26,161 bases of DNA, taken from assembly GCA_031441465.1 (NCBI GenBank), contig JANOEP010000015.1, positions 1 through 26,161 of the forward strand, in the 5' to 3' direction. The position numbers were made by a program, and so were the translations under genes. The notes under the pieces are model-generated. The model ran no database searches and was not told where the DNA came from. It worked only from the letters and a program-made list of their open reading frames with translations. This document shows positions 6,460 through 16,884 of the stretch, in pieces. The stretch's first letter is position 1; each line of letters starts with the position of its first letter. This DNA is from a bacterium. Lineage in GTDB: Bacteria > Krumholzibacteriota > Krumholzibacteriia > LZORAL124-64-63.

Positions 6460-8694
6460 TCAGTGGTGACGGCGGCGGCGCACGACGGCCGTCGTCGCCA
6501 GCAGGCCGACGACCAGGGGCCAGGCCGCGATGCAGACCCAACCCGCCAGACGGCGCTGGACGGCGGTGAGGACCAGGGGTTCGCCGCCGGCGCCGGGGGC
6601 GCGCGCCGCGATCAGGACCTGGTCGCGGGACAACCAGCCCAAGGTGTTCAGCAGCAGGTCGCGGTTGCCGTAGAGGTTCAGGGCCGAGTTGGCCGCGAAG
6701 TCGGCGTCGCCGAAGACCACCAGCCGGGAATCCTTCGCTTCGCGGATCACGGAGCGCGGCCCGGCGGCTTCGGCGCTCTCGATCTCGCGCAGCTTGCGGG
6801 TGACTTCGTTGTCCGCGGGCGTCTCCGGCACCGCGAGGGGATCCGGCGAAGCGGACGGCTCGCGGTCCACCGTCAACGCGACCACGAAGGGCAACGGGCC
6901 CGCCAGATCCCGGCCCTCCTCGAAGACGGGCCGCCCCCGCGCCACGGCCGCCGGGTCGGACTCCGACCAACTGGTCTCGTCGGAGAGGACCAGCGTGCGG
7001 GCTTCGACCCCCCGCATGGTCGCCGCCAGCGGCGTCAACGATTGGCAAAACGGGAACAGGGTGACCATCCCGTCGAGCCCGCGCGTGATCTCGTGCGGGC
7101 CGTAGGCGTTCGTCACCATGAACAGCTCGTCGACCCGCAACTGGGCGTTGGCGCGCGACGCCGTGACCAGGAAATCGTTGCGCAAGCCGACGTTGAATCG
7201 GCGCAGCCAGGTCGCCAGGGATTCGGGCGTGCCCGGATCGAGCATCAGCAGGAGCGCGCCGCCGCGGGCCAGGAAACCGTCGAGGGCCGCGAGTTCGCGG
7301 CTCGAGAACTCGGTGCGGGGGCTGGCGAGCGCGACGACCGCCGCGTCGGCGGGGATCGCCGGTACGGCCGGCAGCAGCAGGGAACGCAGGACGTAGCCCT
7401 CCCGGCCGATGGCCTCGGCGTAGGCGGTCATGCCGATGCGGTCCTGGTCGTCGAGTCGCCGTTCGCCGTGTCCCTGGATGTGGTAGACGACGGGTCGCGT
7501 CCCGCTCACGACGCGGTAGACGGCGTTGACCAGCGCCGTCTCGTCGGGATCGAGCAGGCTGCGGCGGCGCTCCCCGCAGGTGACGACGATGGACCGTTCG
7601 GTGGTCACGCCGTACTCCTGGACGCGCGCGAGGTCGGTCTCGGGATCGAAGACCCGCGCCGTGAGGCTCGGCATGCGGTCCCGCATCGCGGTCAGCAGGG
7701 CCTCGACGACGCGGCGGCGGGGGTCGAGCGGCTGATAGAAGGCCGTCACTTCGACGTCTTGATCCAGGACCTCCAGGACGCGCTCCGTCTGCGGGGACAG
7801 GCTGTTGCCGCGGTCGCGGGTCCAGTCCCAGACGAGCGGGGCGCGCGCGGCGGCCAGATCCAGGACGACGAGCAGGGCCGCCAGCGCCAGGGGCGTCGCC
7901 CACCGCGCGGCGCGGCGCGCGCCGGCCAACCGGCGTCCCGCGAGAGCGGCCGAGCTGGCGGCCAGACCGAGCGCCGTCCAGGCCAGGAAATACAGGATGT
8001 CGCGAACGTCCACGGCGCCCCGCGCGAAGCGGGCGAAGTGCTCCGGCATCGACAGGCGGGTCGCCAGCGGCGCCAGGGCGTCCGGCAGGTAGGGCTCGAG
8101 ATTGCCGGCGGTGAACAGGAGCGTCAGGAAGGCGAACGACAGGATGTAGCTGACGATCTGGTACGGCAGCAGCGTCGAGAAGAACACGCCCCAGGACGCC
8201 ATCATGGCCGTGGCCAGGACCAGGCCCAGCAGCGCCGCCGCGAGGCCTCCGAGGTCCGGCGCCGCCAGGCTGCTGAGCATCAGCAGGTTGGCGCACGCCG
8301 CGACGAGCAGGCCGAGCCCGAGCAGGCAGGCTGCGGCGAACTTGCCCAGCACCCAGACCGGCTCGGACACGGGGTACGTCATCAGGAGACCGTAGCGGCC
8401 GGAGCGGTACTCCTCGGCGAAGAGGCGCATGGTGATCGCCGGCATGACGAACATCAGGAACAGGACCATGCTCGTGACCAGCGGCTGCACGACGCCGGCC
8501 GTGAGGGTGAACCCTTCGCGCACGGTCTGGCCGGAGGACAGGGCCGAGCGCGACAGCGCGTCGTACTCCAGCAGGATGTTGACGAAGGAGATCCCGGTCA
8601 GCAGCAGGAACGCGACCGCCGCCGTCGGCGACACGGCGCTGCGCAGGAAGGAGCCGGCCTCGCGGCGGGCGATGGCCCGCAACGCCCGTCTCAT
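6460..8694 (-). CDS. ABC-2 permease (GldF-like) fused to GldG-type ABC auxiliary domain
   Basis: IARRE...SP, PAITMRLFAEE.RSG...LLMTYPV....VLGKF permease part; then WDWT.....SLSPQT, QGHGE, LVVFGDADF, N.DLLLN.LGWL GldG-type part and a C-terminal TM helix. Confidence 0.9.
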   Translation of the reverse strand: MRRALRAIARREAGSFLRSAVSPTAAVAFLLLTGISFVNILLEYDALSRSALSSGQTVREGFTLTAGVVQPLVTSMVLFLMFVMPAITMRLFAEEYRSGRYGLLMTYPVSEPVWVLGKFAAACLLGLGLLVAACANLLMLSSLAAPDLGGLAAALLGLVLATAMMASWGVFFSTLLPYQIVSYILSFAFLTLLFTAGNLEPYLPDALAPLATRLSMPEHFARFARGAVDVRDILYFLAWTALGLAASSAALAGRRLAGARRAARWATPLALAALLVVLDLAAARAPLVWDWTRDRGNSLSPQTERVLEVLDQDVEVTAFYQPLDPRRRVVEALLTAMRDRMPSLTARVFDPETDLARVQEYGVTTERSIVVTCGERRRSLLDPDETALVNAVYRVVSGTRPVVYHIQGHGERRLDDQDRIGMTAYAEAIGREGYVLRSLLLPAVPAIPADAAVVALASPRTEFSSRELAALDGFLARGGALLLMLDPGTPESLATWLRRFNVGLRNDFLVTASRANAQLRVDELFMVTNAYGPHEITRGLDGMVTLFPFCQSLTPLAATMRGVEARTLVLSDETSWSESDPAAVARGRPVFEEGRDLAGPLPFVVALTVDREPSASPDPLAVPETPADNEVTRKLREIESAEAAGPRSVIREAKDSRLVVFGDADFAANSALNLYGNRDLLLNTLGWLSRDQVLIAARAPGAGGEPLVLTAVQRRLAGWVCIAAWPLVVGLLATTAVVRRRRHH

Positions 8695-9422
8695 GGCGTC
8701 CCCGGCGCGGGAGCGCGCGCGGCGCCGGTCAGCCGGAGGTACAGCGCCTCGAGGTCCCCGGCGCCGGCGAGGTCGTCGGGACCCGCCTCGGCGACGAGCC
8801 GTCCGCGGTCGATGATCAGGACCCGGCTGCAGGTGCGCGCGATCTCGCCGAGGATATGGCTGCTGACCAGCACGGTCCGCTCGCCCCGGAAGCCCAGGAT
8901 CAGCTCGCGGATCTCGACGATCTGCGAGGGGTCCAGGCCGGAGGTCGGCTCGTCGAGGATCAGGATTTCGGGGTCCCCGACCAGGGCCTGGGCGAGACCC
9001 ACGCGCTGCCGGTAGCCCTTGGAGAGGTTGCCGACCAGGCGGCCGCGCACGCTCGCGACGCCGGTGCGATCGACGACCGCGTCGAGGTGCGCCGGCAGGC
9101 CCGTCGCCGGCACGCCCTTGAGTTCGGCCGTGAAGAGCAGCAGCTCGTCCACCGTGGCGTCGGGATAGAGCGGTACGTTCTCGGGCATGTAGCCCAGGCG
9201 GCGGCGCACGTCGTCCGGCGCCTCGGTCACCTCGAAGCCGGCGACGCGCGCGGTCCCCGCAGTCGGCGGCAGGGTGCAGGTGAGGATGCGCATGGTCGTG
9301 GTCTTGCCGGCGCCGTTGGGTCCGACGAAGCCCACGATCTCGCCCTTCCCGACCCGGAAGGTGAGGCCGTCGAGGGCCTGGACGCGGCCGAAGGTCCTGG
9401 TCAGTCCGACGACCTCGATCAT
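8691..9422 (-). CDS. ABC transporter ATP-binding protein (GldA-like)
   Basis: Walker A GPNGAGKTT, signature LSKGYRQR, Walker B ILILDEPT, SSH switch; ATGA overlap with the permease. Confidence 0.95.
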   Translation of the reverse strand: MIEVVGLTRTFGRVQALDGLTFRVGKGEIVGFVGPNGAGKTTTMRILTCTLPPTAGTARVAGFEVTEAPDDVRRRLGYMPENVPLYPDATVDELLLFTAELKGVPATGLPAHLDAVVDRTGVASVRGRLVGNLSKGYRQRVGLAQALVGDPEILILDEPTSGLDPSQIVEIRELILGFRGERTVLVSSHILGEIARTCSRVLIIDRGRLVAEAGPDDLAGAGDLEALYLRLTGAARAPAPGTP

Positions 9423-9432
9423 CGCGCTCCCG

Positions 9433-10440
9433 TCAATCGATGCACCAGCGCAGCAGCGTGGCGCCCCAGGTGAAGCCGGCGCCGAAGCTGACCAGCACCA
9501 CGTGGTCGCCCTTCTTCACGCGACCCTCGTCGTAGGCCACCTTCAGTGCCGAGGGGATGCTCGCCGAAGTGGTGTTGCCGAAACGGTCGATGGTCACGGC
9601 CACCTTCTCGTCGGGCAGGCCGAGGCGTTTCTGCGCGGCCTCCATGATCCGGATGTTGGCTTGGTGGGGCACGAGCAGTTGAATGTCCGCGGGGGTCAGG
9701 TGGTTCCGCTGGACGATTTCCAGGGCGACGTCCGCCATGCCGCGCACGGCGAACTTGTAGACCTCGCGCCCCTCCTGATGGATGTAGTGCATGCCGTCGC
9801 GGACGGTCTCGGCGCTGGCGGGGTTCAGGCTGCCGCCGGCCTTCATGTGCAGGTGCTTGCCACCCGAGCCGTCGATGTGGTGGACGGCGTCGACGATGCC
9901 GCCCAGGGCCGGGTCGACCGCCTGCACGACGACCGCGCCCGCCCCGTCGCCGAACAGGATGCAGGTGTTGCGGTCGTTCCAGTCGACGATGCTGCTCATG
10001 ATCTCGGTGCCGATCACCAGGGCCGTCTTGGCCGCGCCGGTCTGGACCTGCGCGCGGGCGGCCTGCAGGGCGAAGATGAAGCCGCTGCAGGCGGCGCTGA
10101 TGTCGTAGCCCCAGGCCCGCTTCGCGCCGATCAGGTCCTGGATGACGCAGGCCGTGGATGGGAACATCATGTCCGGGGTGACCGTCGGCACCAGGATCAG
10201 GTCCACGTCCTCGGGGGTCAAACCGGCGTGCGCCAGGGCCTCCTGCGCCGCCAGGGCGCCGTGATGCGAGGCGGGAACGCCCTTGGCGGCGATCCGGCGT
10301 TCACGGATGCCGGTGCGCTCGACGATCCAGGCGTCCTCGGTCTCGACCATCTTCTCGAGATCGGCGTTGGTCAGCCGCTTCTCGGGGAAGCTCATGCCCA
10401 GCCCGGTGATGCCCGCGGTCAGCAGGGTCGGTGCGCTCAT
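9433..10440 (-). CDS. fabH: Beta-ketoacyl-ACP synthase III
   Basis: WIVERTGIRERR, DISAACSGF (catalytic Cys), FGDGAGA, PHQAN, GNTTSAS, FGAGFTWG. Confidence 0.95.
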   Translation of the reverse strand: MSAPTLLTAGITGLGMSFPEKRLTNADLEKMVETEDAWIVERTGIRERRIAAKGVPASHHGALAAQEALAHAGLTPEDVDLILVPTVTPDMMFPSTACVIQDLIGAKRAWGYDISAACSGFIFALQAARAQVQTGAAKTALVIGTEIMSSIVDWNDRNTCILFGDGAGAVVVQAVDPALGGIVDAVHHIDGSGGKHLHMKAGGSLNPASAETVRDGMHYIHQEGREVYKFAVRGMADVALEIVQRNHLTPADIQLLVPHQANIRIMEAAQKRLGLPDEKVAVTIDRFGNTTSASIPSALKVAYDEGRVKKGDHVVLVSFGAGFTWGATLLRWCID

Positions 10441-10525
10441 CGATGGTTCCTTTGTTGGCGCGTTGCGGGCGACGGCCCGCTGCGGAGGCGTTCGCGCAGG
10501 ACGGGCTCGCGGCCCGTCCGCTGCA

Positions 10526-10554
10526 ATGCAAAGCCTTCACAACCGTTATGTCAA
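10526..10554 (-). promoter_or_regulatory. Possible promoter for the fabH-ABC operon
   Basis: Perfect TTGACA at 10554-10549 just downstream of the rplQ hairpin; -10 element is poor. Confidence 0.35.
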
Positions 10555-10578
10555 CCCCGGCTTGGCCCCGCTCGCGAA

Positions 10579-10608
10579 GAGGCCCCCGGACATGGGTCCG
10601 GAGGCCTC
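10579..10608 (-). terminator. Strong stem-loop downstream of rplQ, likely terminator of the ribosomal operon
   Basis: GAGGCCTCCGGAC-ccat-GTCCGGGGGCCTC 13-bp stem (one G-U pair), only a short U run. Confidence 0.6.
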
Positions 10609-10651
10609 GCGGTGCGTTCGTCGGTCGCGGCGGGCCGGACCCGTCTGCCGG

Positions 10652-11059
10652 CTAGCCGGCCAGCGGGGGCTTCGCGGCGCTGCGCGGCTTGTGCGCAACC
10701 TCGCCGGTGACCAGCTCGAGGATCGCCATGTCCGCGTTGTCGCCGCGGCGGGGGCCGTCCAGCTTCAGGACGCGCGTGTAGCCGCCGGGGCGATCGGCAA
10801 AGCGGGGGCCCAGCACGTCGAACAGCTTCTGCAGGACCACCGGGTCGGTGAGCTTGCGGGCCGCCATGCGCCGCGAGTTGAGGTCGCCGGCCTTGGCGTA
10901 GGTGATCAGCCGCTCGGCGACGGCGCGGGCTTCCTTCGCCTTCTCGGTGGTGGTCTGGATCCGCTCGTGGCGGAACAGTTCCGTCACCATGTTGCGGAAC
11001 ATCATCTTGCGGTGGCTGGCGGTGCGGCCGAACTTCCGCCCTCTGACGCTGTGGCGCAT
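10652..11059 (-). CDS. rplQ: 50S ribosomal protein L17
   Basis: MRH...GRKFGRTASHR, RI.TT..KAKE, RPGGYTR. Confidence 0.98.
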   Translation of the reverse strand: MRHSVRGRKFGRTASHRKMMFRNMVTELFRHERIQTTTEKAKEARAVAERLITYAKAGDLNSRRMAARKLTDPVVLQKLFDVLGPRFADRPGGYTRVLKLDGPRRGDNADMAILELVTGEVAHKPRSAAKPPLAG

Positions 11060-11107
11060 GATTTCTTCCTTTTGTCCACCGGCCGGGGCCGGGCCTGGTC
11101 GGTTCTC

Positions 11108-12121
11108 TTAGGCGTCCCGGACGCCGGGCCGGACTTTCTCGCAGATCTCCGGCTCGAACGACATGCCGAAGGCGAGGTCCATGCCCTCCAGGATCTCGGT
11201 GATCTCATTCAGGCTCTTGCGCCCGAAGTTGCGGAACTTGAGCATCTCCTGCTCGCTCTTGGTCACCAACTCGAAGAGGGTCAGGATCTTGCCGGCTTTC
11301 AGGCAGTTCGCCGAGCGGACGGACAGCTCCAGCTCCTCGACGTTGCGCGACAGCAGCTCGACCAGCCGCTCCTGCTCCTCGTCGATGTCGTCGCCGCGGG
11401 CGTCGATGGGGCCCTCGTCGAAGTTGATGAAGAGCTGGAAGTGGTCCTTGAGGATCTTCGACGCGAAGGCGATGGCGTCCTCGGGACGCACGCTGCCGTC
11501 GGTGGTGATGCCCAGGACCAGCTTCTCGTAGTCCGTGCGCTGGCCGACGCGCGTGTCCTCGACCCGGTAGCTGACCTTGGTCACGGGCGAGAAGTTGGCG
11601 TCGAGCCGGATCACGCCGATGACCTCGTCGGGGACCTGGTGCTGCTCGCGCTCGACGTAGCCGCGGCCCGTGTCCACGTAGATCTTGCCCTTGAAATTGC
11701 CCGGCTCGGTGATCGTGCAGATCACATGGTCGGGGTTGAAGACCGACAGCTCGGGGTGGCCGCTGATCATGCCGGCGGTCACCGGCCCGAGCTTCGAGGA
11801 CGAGACGGTGGCCCAGTGGGCCGGCGCGTCGGACAGGTGGAACACGACCTGCTTGAGGTTCAGGACGATGTCGGTCATGTCCTCGAGCACGAACGGCAGC
11901 GTGCTGAGTTCGTGCTTGACGCCGTCGATCTGCACGGCCGTGATGCTGTGGCCGTGGATCGAGGACAGCAGGGTGCGCCGCAGCGCCGTGCCGAGCGTAT
12001 GGGCGAAACCCCGCTCCAGGGGGGCGATCACGAGCTCGGCATAGGACGCCGTCTGGGTCTCTTTGACGATCTGGACGCCCTCGGGCATCAACATGTTGAT
12101 CCACTTCATAGCCTGGTTCAT
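11108..12121 (-). CDS. rpoA: RNA polymerase alpha subunit
   Basis: PLERGF..TLG.ALRR.LLSS, DANFSPV, VEDTRVGQRTDYEKL, LELSVRSANCL, RNFGRKSL; start could be ATG 12109. Confidence 0.98.
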   Translation of the reverse strand: MNQAMKWINMLMPEGVQIVKETQTASYAELVIAPLERGFAHTLGTALRRTLLSSIHGHSITAVQIDGVKHELSTLPFVLEDMTDIVLNLKQVVFHLSDAPAHWATVSSSKLGPVTAGMISGHPELSVFNPDHVICTITEPGNFKGKIYVDTGRGYVEREQHQVPDEVIGVIRLDANFSPVTKVSYRVEDTRVGQRTDYEKLVLGITTDGSVRPEDAIAFASKILKDHFQLFINFDEGPIDARGDDIDEEQERLVELLSRNVEELELSVRSANCLKAGKILTLFELVTKSEQEMLKFRNFGRKSLNEITEILEGMDLAFGMSFEPEICEKVRPGVRDA

Positions 12122-12191
12122 CCCCCCTGCCAGCGGGTACGGCCGCGCCGTCCGGCGGCGCGGCGTGTCGGTCGAACGACGATCGCCCCGG

Positions 12192-12590
12192 TTACATCCG
12201 GCGGCGCTTGGACGGGCGGCACCCGTTGTGCGGGATGCGCGTCACGTCTTTGACACGCGTCACGTCGAGCCCTTCGGCCTTCAGGGTGCGGATGGCGGCC
12301 TCGCGTCCGGAACCGGGTCCACGGACCCAGATCTCGACCTTGCGCATGCCGTTGTTGAGCACCTCCTGGGCGCAGAACTTGGCGGCCAGCTGGGCGGCGA
12401 ACGCCGTCGACTTGCGGCTGCCCTTGTAGCGGCCCTGGTGCCCGCCGGACGACCAGGTGATCACGTTGCCACCCATGTCGCTCATCGTGATGATCGTGTT
12501 GTTGAAGCTCGACTTCACATGGGCGACGCCATGGATCTCCAGCTTCTTCTTGACCTTGCGGCCCTTACGCTTGTCCTTGGGACCAGCCAC
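12192..12590 (-). CDS. rpsK: 30S ribosomal protein S11
   Basis: [34 protein letters not shown] start. Confidence 0.98.
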   Translation of the reverse strand: MAGPKDKRKGRKVKKKLEIHGVAHVKSSFNNTIITMSDMGGNVITWSSGGHQGRYKGSRKSTAFAAQLAAKFCAQEVLNNGMRKVEIWVRGPGSGREAAIRTLKAEGLDVTRVKDVTRIPHNGCRPSKRRRM

Positions 12591-12610
12591 TCTCGCTTAC
12601 CTCCTGCAGA

Positions 12611-12979
12611 CTACTTCTTCTTCGCGCCGGGACGTGTCTTGGGACCCTTGCGGGTCCGGGCGTTGTTCTTCGTGTTCTGCCCGCGACAGGGCAGCTTGCG
12701 CCGATGACGCAGCCCACGGTAGCTGCCGATGTCCATCAGCCGCTGGATGTTCATGCTGATCTCGGTCCGCAGCGTGCCTTCGACCTGGTAGTCCTTGTCG
12801 ATGATGCCGATGATGCGACGCGTGTCGTCCTCGGAAAGATCGCGGGTCTTGGTCTCGGGGCTGATGCTCGCCTTCTCGCAGATCTTGCGCGCACGGTGCG
12901 GCCCGATCCCGTAGATGTACGTCAGGGAGGTGCTGATCCTCTTCTCATTGGGGATATCAACACCGGAGATTCGTGCCAC
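12611..12979 (-). CDS. rpsM: 30S ribosomal protein S13
   Basis: [30 protein letters not shown] start. Confidence 0.98.
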   Translation of the reverse strand: MARISGVDIPNEKRISTSLTYIYGIGPHRARKICEKASISPETKTRDLSEDDTRRIIGIIDKDYQVEGTLRTEISMNIQRLMDIGSYRGLRHRRKLPCRGQNTKNNARTRKGPKTRPGAKKK

Positions 12980-13045
12980 CTCGGCTCCTTTCGTCTTCCT
13001 CGCCCGCGGCGCCGCGACCGTGTGCCGCCCGCGCCGCGGTCATGC

Positions 13046-13159
13046 TCAGCCCTGTCGCTGGTTGTGGCGTCGGTTCTCGCAAATCACCCGCACCACGCCT
13101 TCTCGGCGGATGATCTTGCACTTGTCACAGATCTTCTTCACGGACGTGCGGACCTTCAT
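13046..13159 (-). CDS. rpmJ: 50S ribosomal protein L36 (zinc-ribbon, C+ form)
   Basis: Not in the ORF track; hand translation [37 protein letters not shown] with GAGGAG RBS. Confidence 0.97.
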   Translation of the reverse strand: MKVRTSVKKICDKCKIIRREGVVRVICENRRHNQRQG

Positions 13160-13188
13160 GACGACTCCTCCGGGCCCCCGCGGGGCGA

Positions 13189-13407
13189 CTACTTGTACCG
13201 GTACGTGATCCGACCGCGCGTCAAGTCGTAGGGCGAAAGCTCGACGGTCACCTTGTCGCCGGGCAGGATGCGGATGAAGTGCATGCGCATTTTCCCGGAC
13301 ACGTGGGCCAGCACGACGTGCTTGTTCTCCAGCTCCACTCGGAACATCGCGTTCGGCAACGCTTCGACGACCGTACCCTCGACTGTGATTCCCTCTTCCT
13401 TGGCCAT
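13189..13407 (-). CDS. infA: Translation initiation factor IF-1
   Basis: [40 protein letters not shown]. Confidence 0.98.
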   Translation of the reverse strand: MAKEEGITVEGTVVEALPNAMFRVELENKHVVLAHVSGKMRMHFIRILPGDKVTVELSPYDLTRGRITYRYK

Positions 13408-13441
13408 GGTCGACTCCCGTCGGCGGCGGACTCCCCCGCGC

Positions 13442-14206
13442 TCAGCGCAGGGTCAGCACCCGCGGCCCGTCCGCCGTGACGGCCACAGTGTGCTCGAAAT
13501 GGGCGGACAGTCGGCGGTCTGCGGTCGCGATGGTCCACCCGTCGGCCGCCGTGACGACCTGCTTGGCGCCCGCGTTGATCATCGGCTCGATCGCCAGCAC
13601 CAGTCCCGCCTCCAGCACGGGGTCCGGCAGCGCGTGGCTCCGGAAATTGGGCACCTGCGGTTCCTCGTGCAGGCGCCTCCCGATCCCGTGGCCGACCAGG
13701 GTCTCGACCACCGAGTAGCCTTCGGCCCGGGCGCGGGTCTCGACCGCGACGCCGAGGTCCGAGATCCGGTTGCCCGGCCGCGCCTGCGCGATCGCGAGGT
13801 CCAGGCATTCCAGGGTCGTCCGCATCAGCCTCGCCGCTTCGTCGCCGACGCGACCCACGGCGAAGGTCTCGGCCGAATCGGAGTGCCAGCCGTCGCGGAT
13901 CAGGCCGCAGTCCACCCCGACGATGTCCCCCTCGCGCAGGGCGCGGGGACCGGGGATGCCGTGCACCACTTCCTCGTTCACCGAGATGCAACAGGTCGCC
14001 GGGAACCCGTTGTACCCCTTGAAGGAGGGGATGCAGCCCGCCTCCGCGATGAGGCGCTCGGCCAGGGTGTCGATCTCGGCGGTGGTCACGCCGGGCCCGA
14101 CGATCTCCCCCAGCTTCCGGAACACTTCCGCCAGCACGGCGCCGCTGGCCGCCATCTTCTCGATCTCCGCCGGCGTCTTGAGCCTAGCTCGCTGCTTCGA
14201 GGACAC
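13442..14206 (-). CDS. map: Methionine aminopeptidase type I
   Basis: [35 protein letters not shown] start overlaps the adk end. Confidence 0.96.
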   Translation of the reverse strand: MSSKQRARLKTPAEIEKMAASGAVLAEVFRKLGEIVGPGVTTAEIDTLAERLIAEAGCIPSFKGYNGFPATCCISVNEEVVHGIPGPRALREGDIVGVDCGLIRDGWHSDSAETFAVGRVGDEAARLMRTTLECLDLAIAQARPGNRISDLGVAVETRARAEGYSVVETLVGHGIGRRLHEEPQVPNFRSHALPDPVLEAGLVLAIEPMINAGAKQVVTAADGWTIATADRRLSAHFEHTVAVTADGPRVLTLR

Positions 14207-14864
14207 CGGCGATCCTTTGGGTCACGTCGTTCGGCGAACCCAGCCCGTCGACCCGCTCGAAACGGTAGCGGGCGGCCAGGACGTCCTTCGCCGGCCTGGT
14301 CTTCTCGCGGAAGACCGCGAGCCGGTTGCGCACCGTCTCCGGGCGATCGTCCTCGCGCATGGCCAGGTGGCCGTCGCAGACCCGGCACGCGTCGCCTTCG
14401 GCGGCCGCGCCGGCGGCCGTCACGTGGCCGCAGGTGCTGCAGGTCAATCGACCCGACAGCCGCCGCACGATCTCCTCGTCCGGCACGTAGATCTCCAGCA
14501 CCACCGGCTCGTCCGTGTCCAGTTCGGCCAGCAGGCCGATCAGGCCCTCGGCCTGGGGCGCCGTGCGCGGGAAACCGTCCAGCAGCCAGCCCGAACTTCC
14601 GGCCGGCACGCCCGCGAGCGCCTCGCGGATCAGCACCATCATCAGGTCGTCGGGCACCAGCTGCCCGGCCTTCAGGATCGCGGCGGTCTGGCGCACCAGT
14701 TCCGGGTTCCCGGTGCTGCCGTCCGGGCCGAAGCCGTCCCGGACGCAGGCCCTCAGGATCTCGCCGGTGGAGACGTGCCACAGCCCGCGGCTGCCGACCA
14801 GGCGCTCCGCCTGCGTCCCCTTCCCGACGCCGGGGGGGCCCAGAAACACCACGTTCAGCGCCAA
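14184..14864 (-). CDS. adk: Adenylate kinase with zinc-binding LID
   Basis: GPPGVGKGTQ, STG, LLDGFPRT, CxxC...CxxC LID, REDD; TTG start with AGGAGG. Confidence 0.96.
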   Translation of the reverse strand: MALNVVFLGPPGVGKGTQAERLVGSRGLWHVSTGEILRACVRDGFGPDGSTGNPELVRQTAAILKAGQLVPDDLMMVLIREALAGVPAGSSGWLLDGFPRTAPQAEGLIGLLAELDTDEPVVLEIYVPDEEIVRRLSGRLTCSTCGHVTAAGAAAEGDACRVCDGHLAMREDDRPETVRNRLAVFREKTRPAKDVLAARYRFERVDGLGSPNDVTQRIAGVLEAAS

Positions 14865-14870
14865 GGCGCC

Positions 14871-16169
<1,299 letters not shown>

Positions 16170-16207
16170 CTCGCCGCTCCCTTTGCGTCAGACACCGTTG
16201 TTCCGGC

Positions 16208-16699
16208 TTACTCGGACGTCTCGACTGCCTCGGCCGTGGCCACCGCGGCCAGTTCGGCGACGTAAACCTGTCCGCCCGCCGCCGCGACCGCGTCGATCGC
16301 GCTCTGGCTGGCCCGGTCCACCCTGATCGTGAGGTTCTTCACCGTCAGTTCGCCGCGGGCCAGCAGCTTGACCGGACGGTCGGCATACTTGACCAGACCG
16401 GCGTCGGCCAGCACGGCGGCGTCGATCTCGAAGCCCTCCGCGTAGCGGTTCAGCAGCTCGAGATTCACGACCTGGTAGGTCTGACGGAAGATGTTCGTGA
16501 AACCGCGCTTGGGCAGGCGCCGGTTCAGGGGCATCTGACCGCCCTCGAACCAGGCCGGGATGCCGCCACCGGCGCGGGCCTTCTGGCCCTTGTGGCCGCG
16601 ACCGCCGGTCTTGCCCTGGCCCGACGCGGGGCCGCGGCCCCGGCGCTTGCGCTCTTTGGTGGCGCCCTGCGGGGCGCCCAGATTGTTCAGCTTGATCAT
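16208..16699 (-). CDS. rplO: 50S ribosomal protein L15
   Basis: GRG..SG.GKT.GRGHKGQ, FEGGQMPL.RRLPKRGF; ATG 16699. Confidence 0.97.
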   Translation of the reverse strand: MIKLNNLGAPQGATKERKRRGRGPASGQGKTGGRGHKGQKARAGGGIPAWFEGGQMPLNRRLPKRGFTNIFRQTYQVVNLELLNRYAEGFEIDAAVLADAGLVKYADRPVKLLARGELTVKNLTIRVDRASQSAIDAVAAAGGQVYVAELAAVATAEAVETSE

Positions 16700-16701
16700 G
16701 C

Positions 16702-16884
16702 CTATTTCACCTCTTCGACCCGGAGCAGGTGGCACACCTTGCGCACCATGCCGCGGATCGCGGCATTGTCCTCTTGCACGACACTGGCCTGGTGGTGCCG
16801 CAACCCCAGCGCGGCGACGATCCGCCGCTGGTTGGGGGGACGGTTCACCGCGCTGCGGACCTGTGTGATCTTCAGCTTACTCAT
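16702..16884 (-). CDS. rpmD: 50S ribosomal protein L30
   Basis: [22 protein letters not shown]. Confidence 0.96.
   Translation of the reverse strand: MSKLKITQVRSAVNRPPNQRRIVAALGLRHHQASVVQEDNAAIRGMVRKVCHLLRVEEVK

Noticed and set aside
4955..8296. 1113-aa minus-strand ORF
   Set aside because: Only the last 487 codons (from TTG 6418) look like protein; the upstream part is an Arg/Pro/Gly-rich alternative frame of the permease-GldG gene, as expected at high GC
10515..10545. TTGCA motifs suggesting a sigma54 promoter before fabH
   Set aside because: No GG at the required GG-N10-GC spacing
6463..12253. Long plus-strand ORFs (6463-9015, 9274-10710, 10283-12253)
   Set aside because: Antisense shadows of well-supported minus-strand genes
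16700..16735. Extended N-termini in the ORF track for rplO (also rplX, rpmC, rplV, rplW, rpsJ, add)
   Set aside because: Longest-ORF artefacts overlapping upstream genes; homology and RBS positions support the shorter starts given
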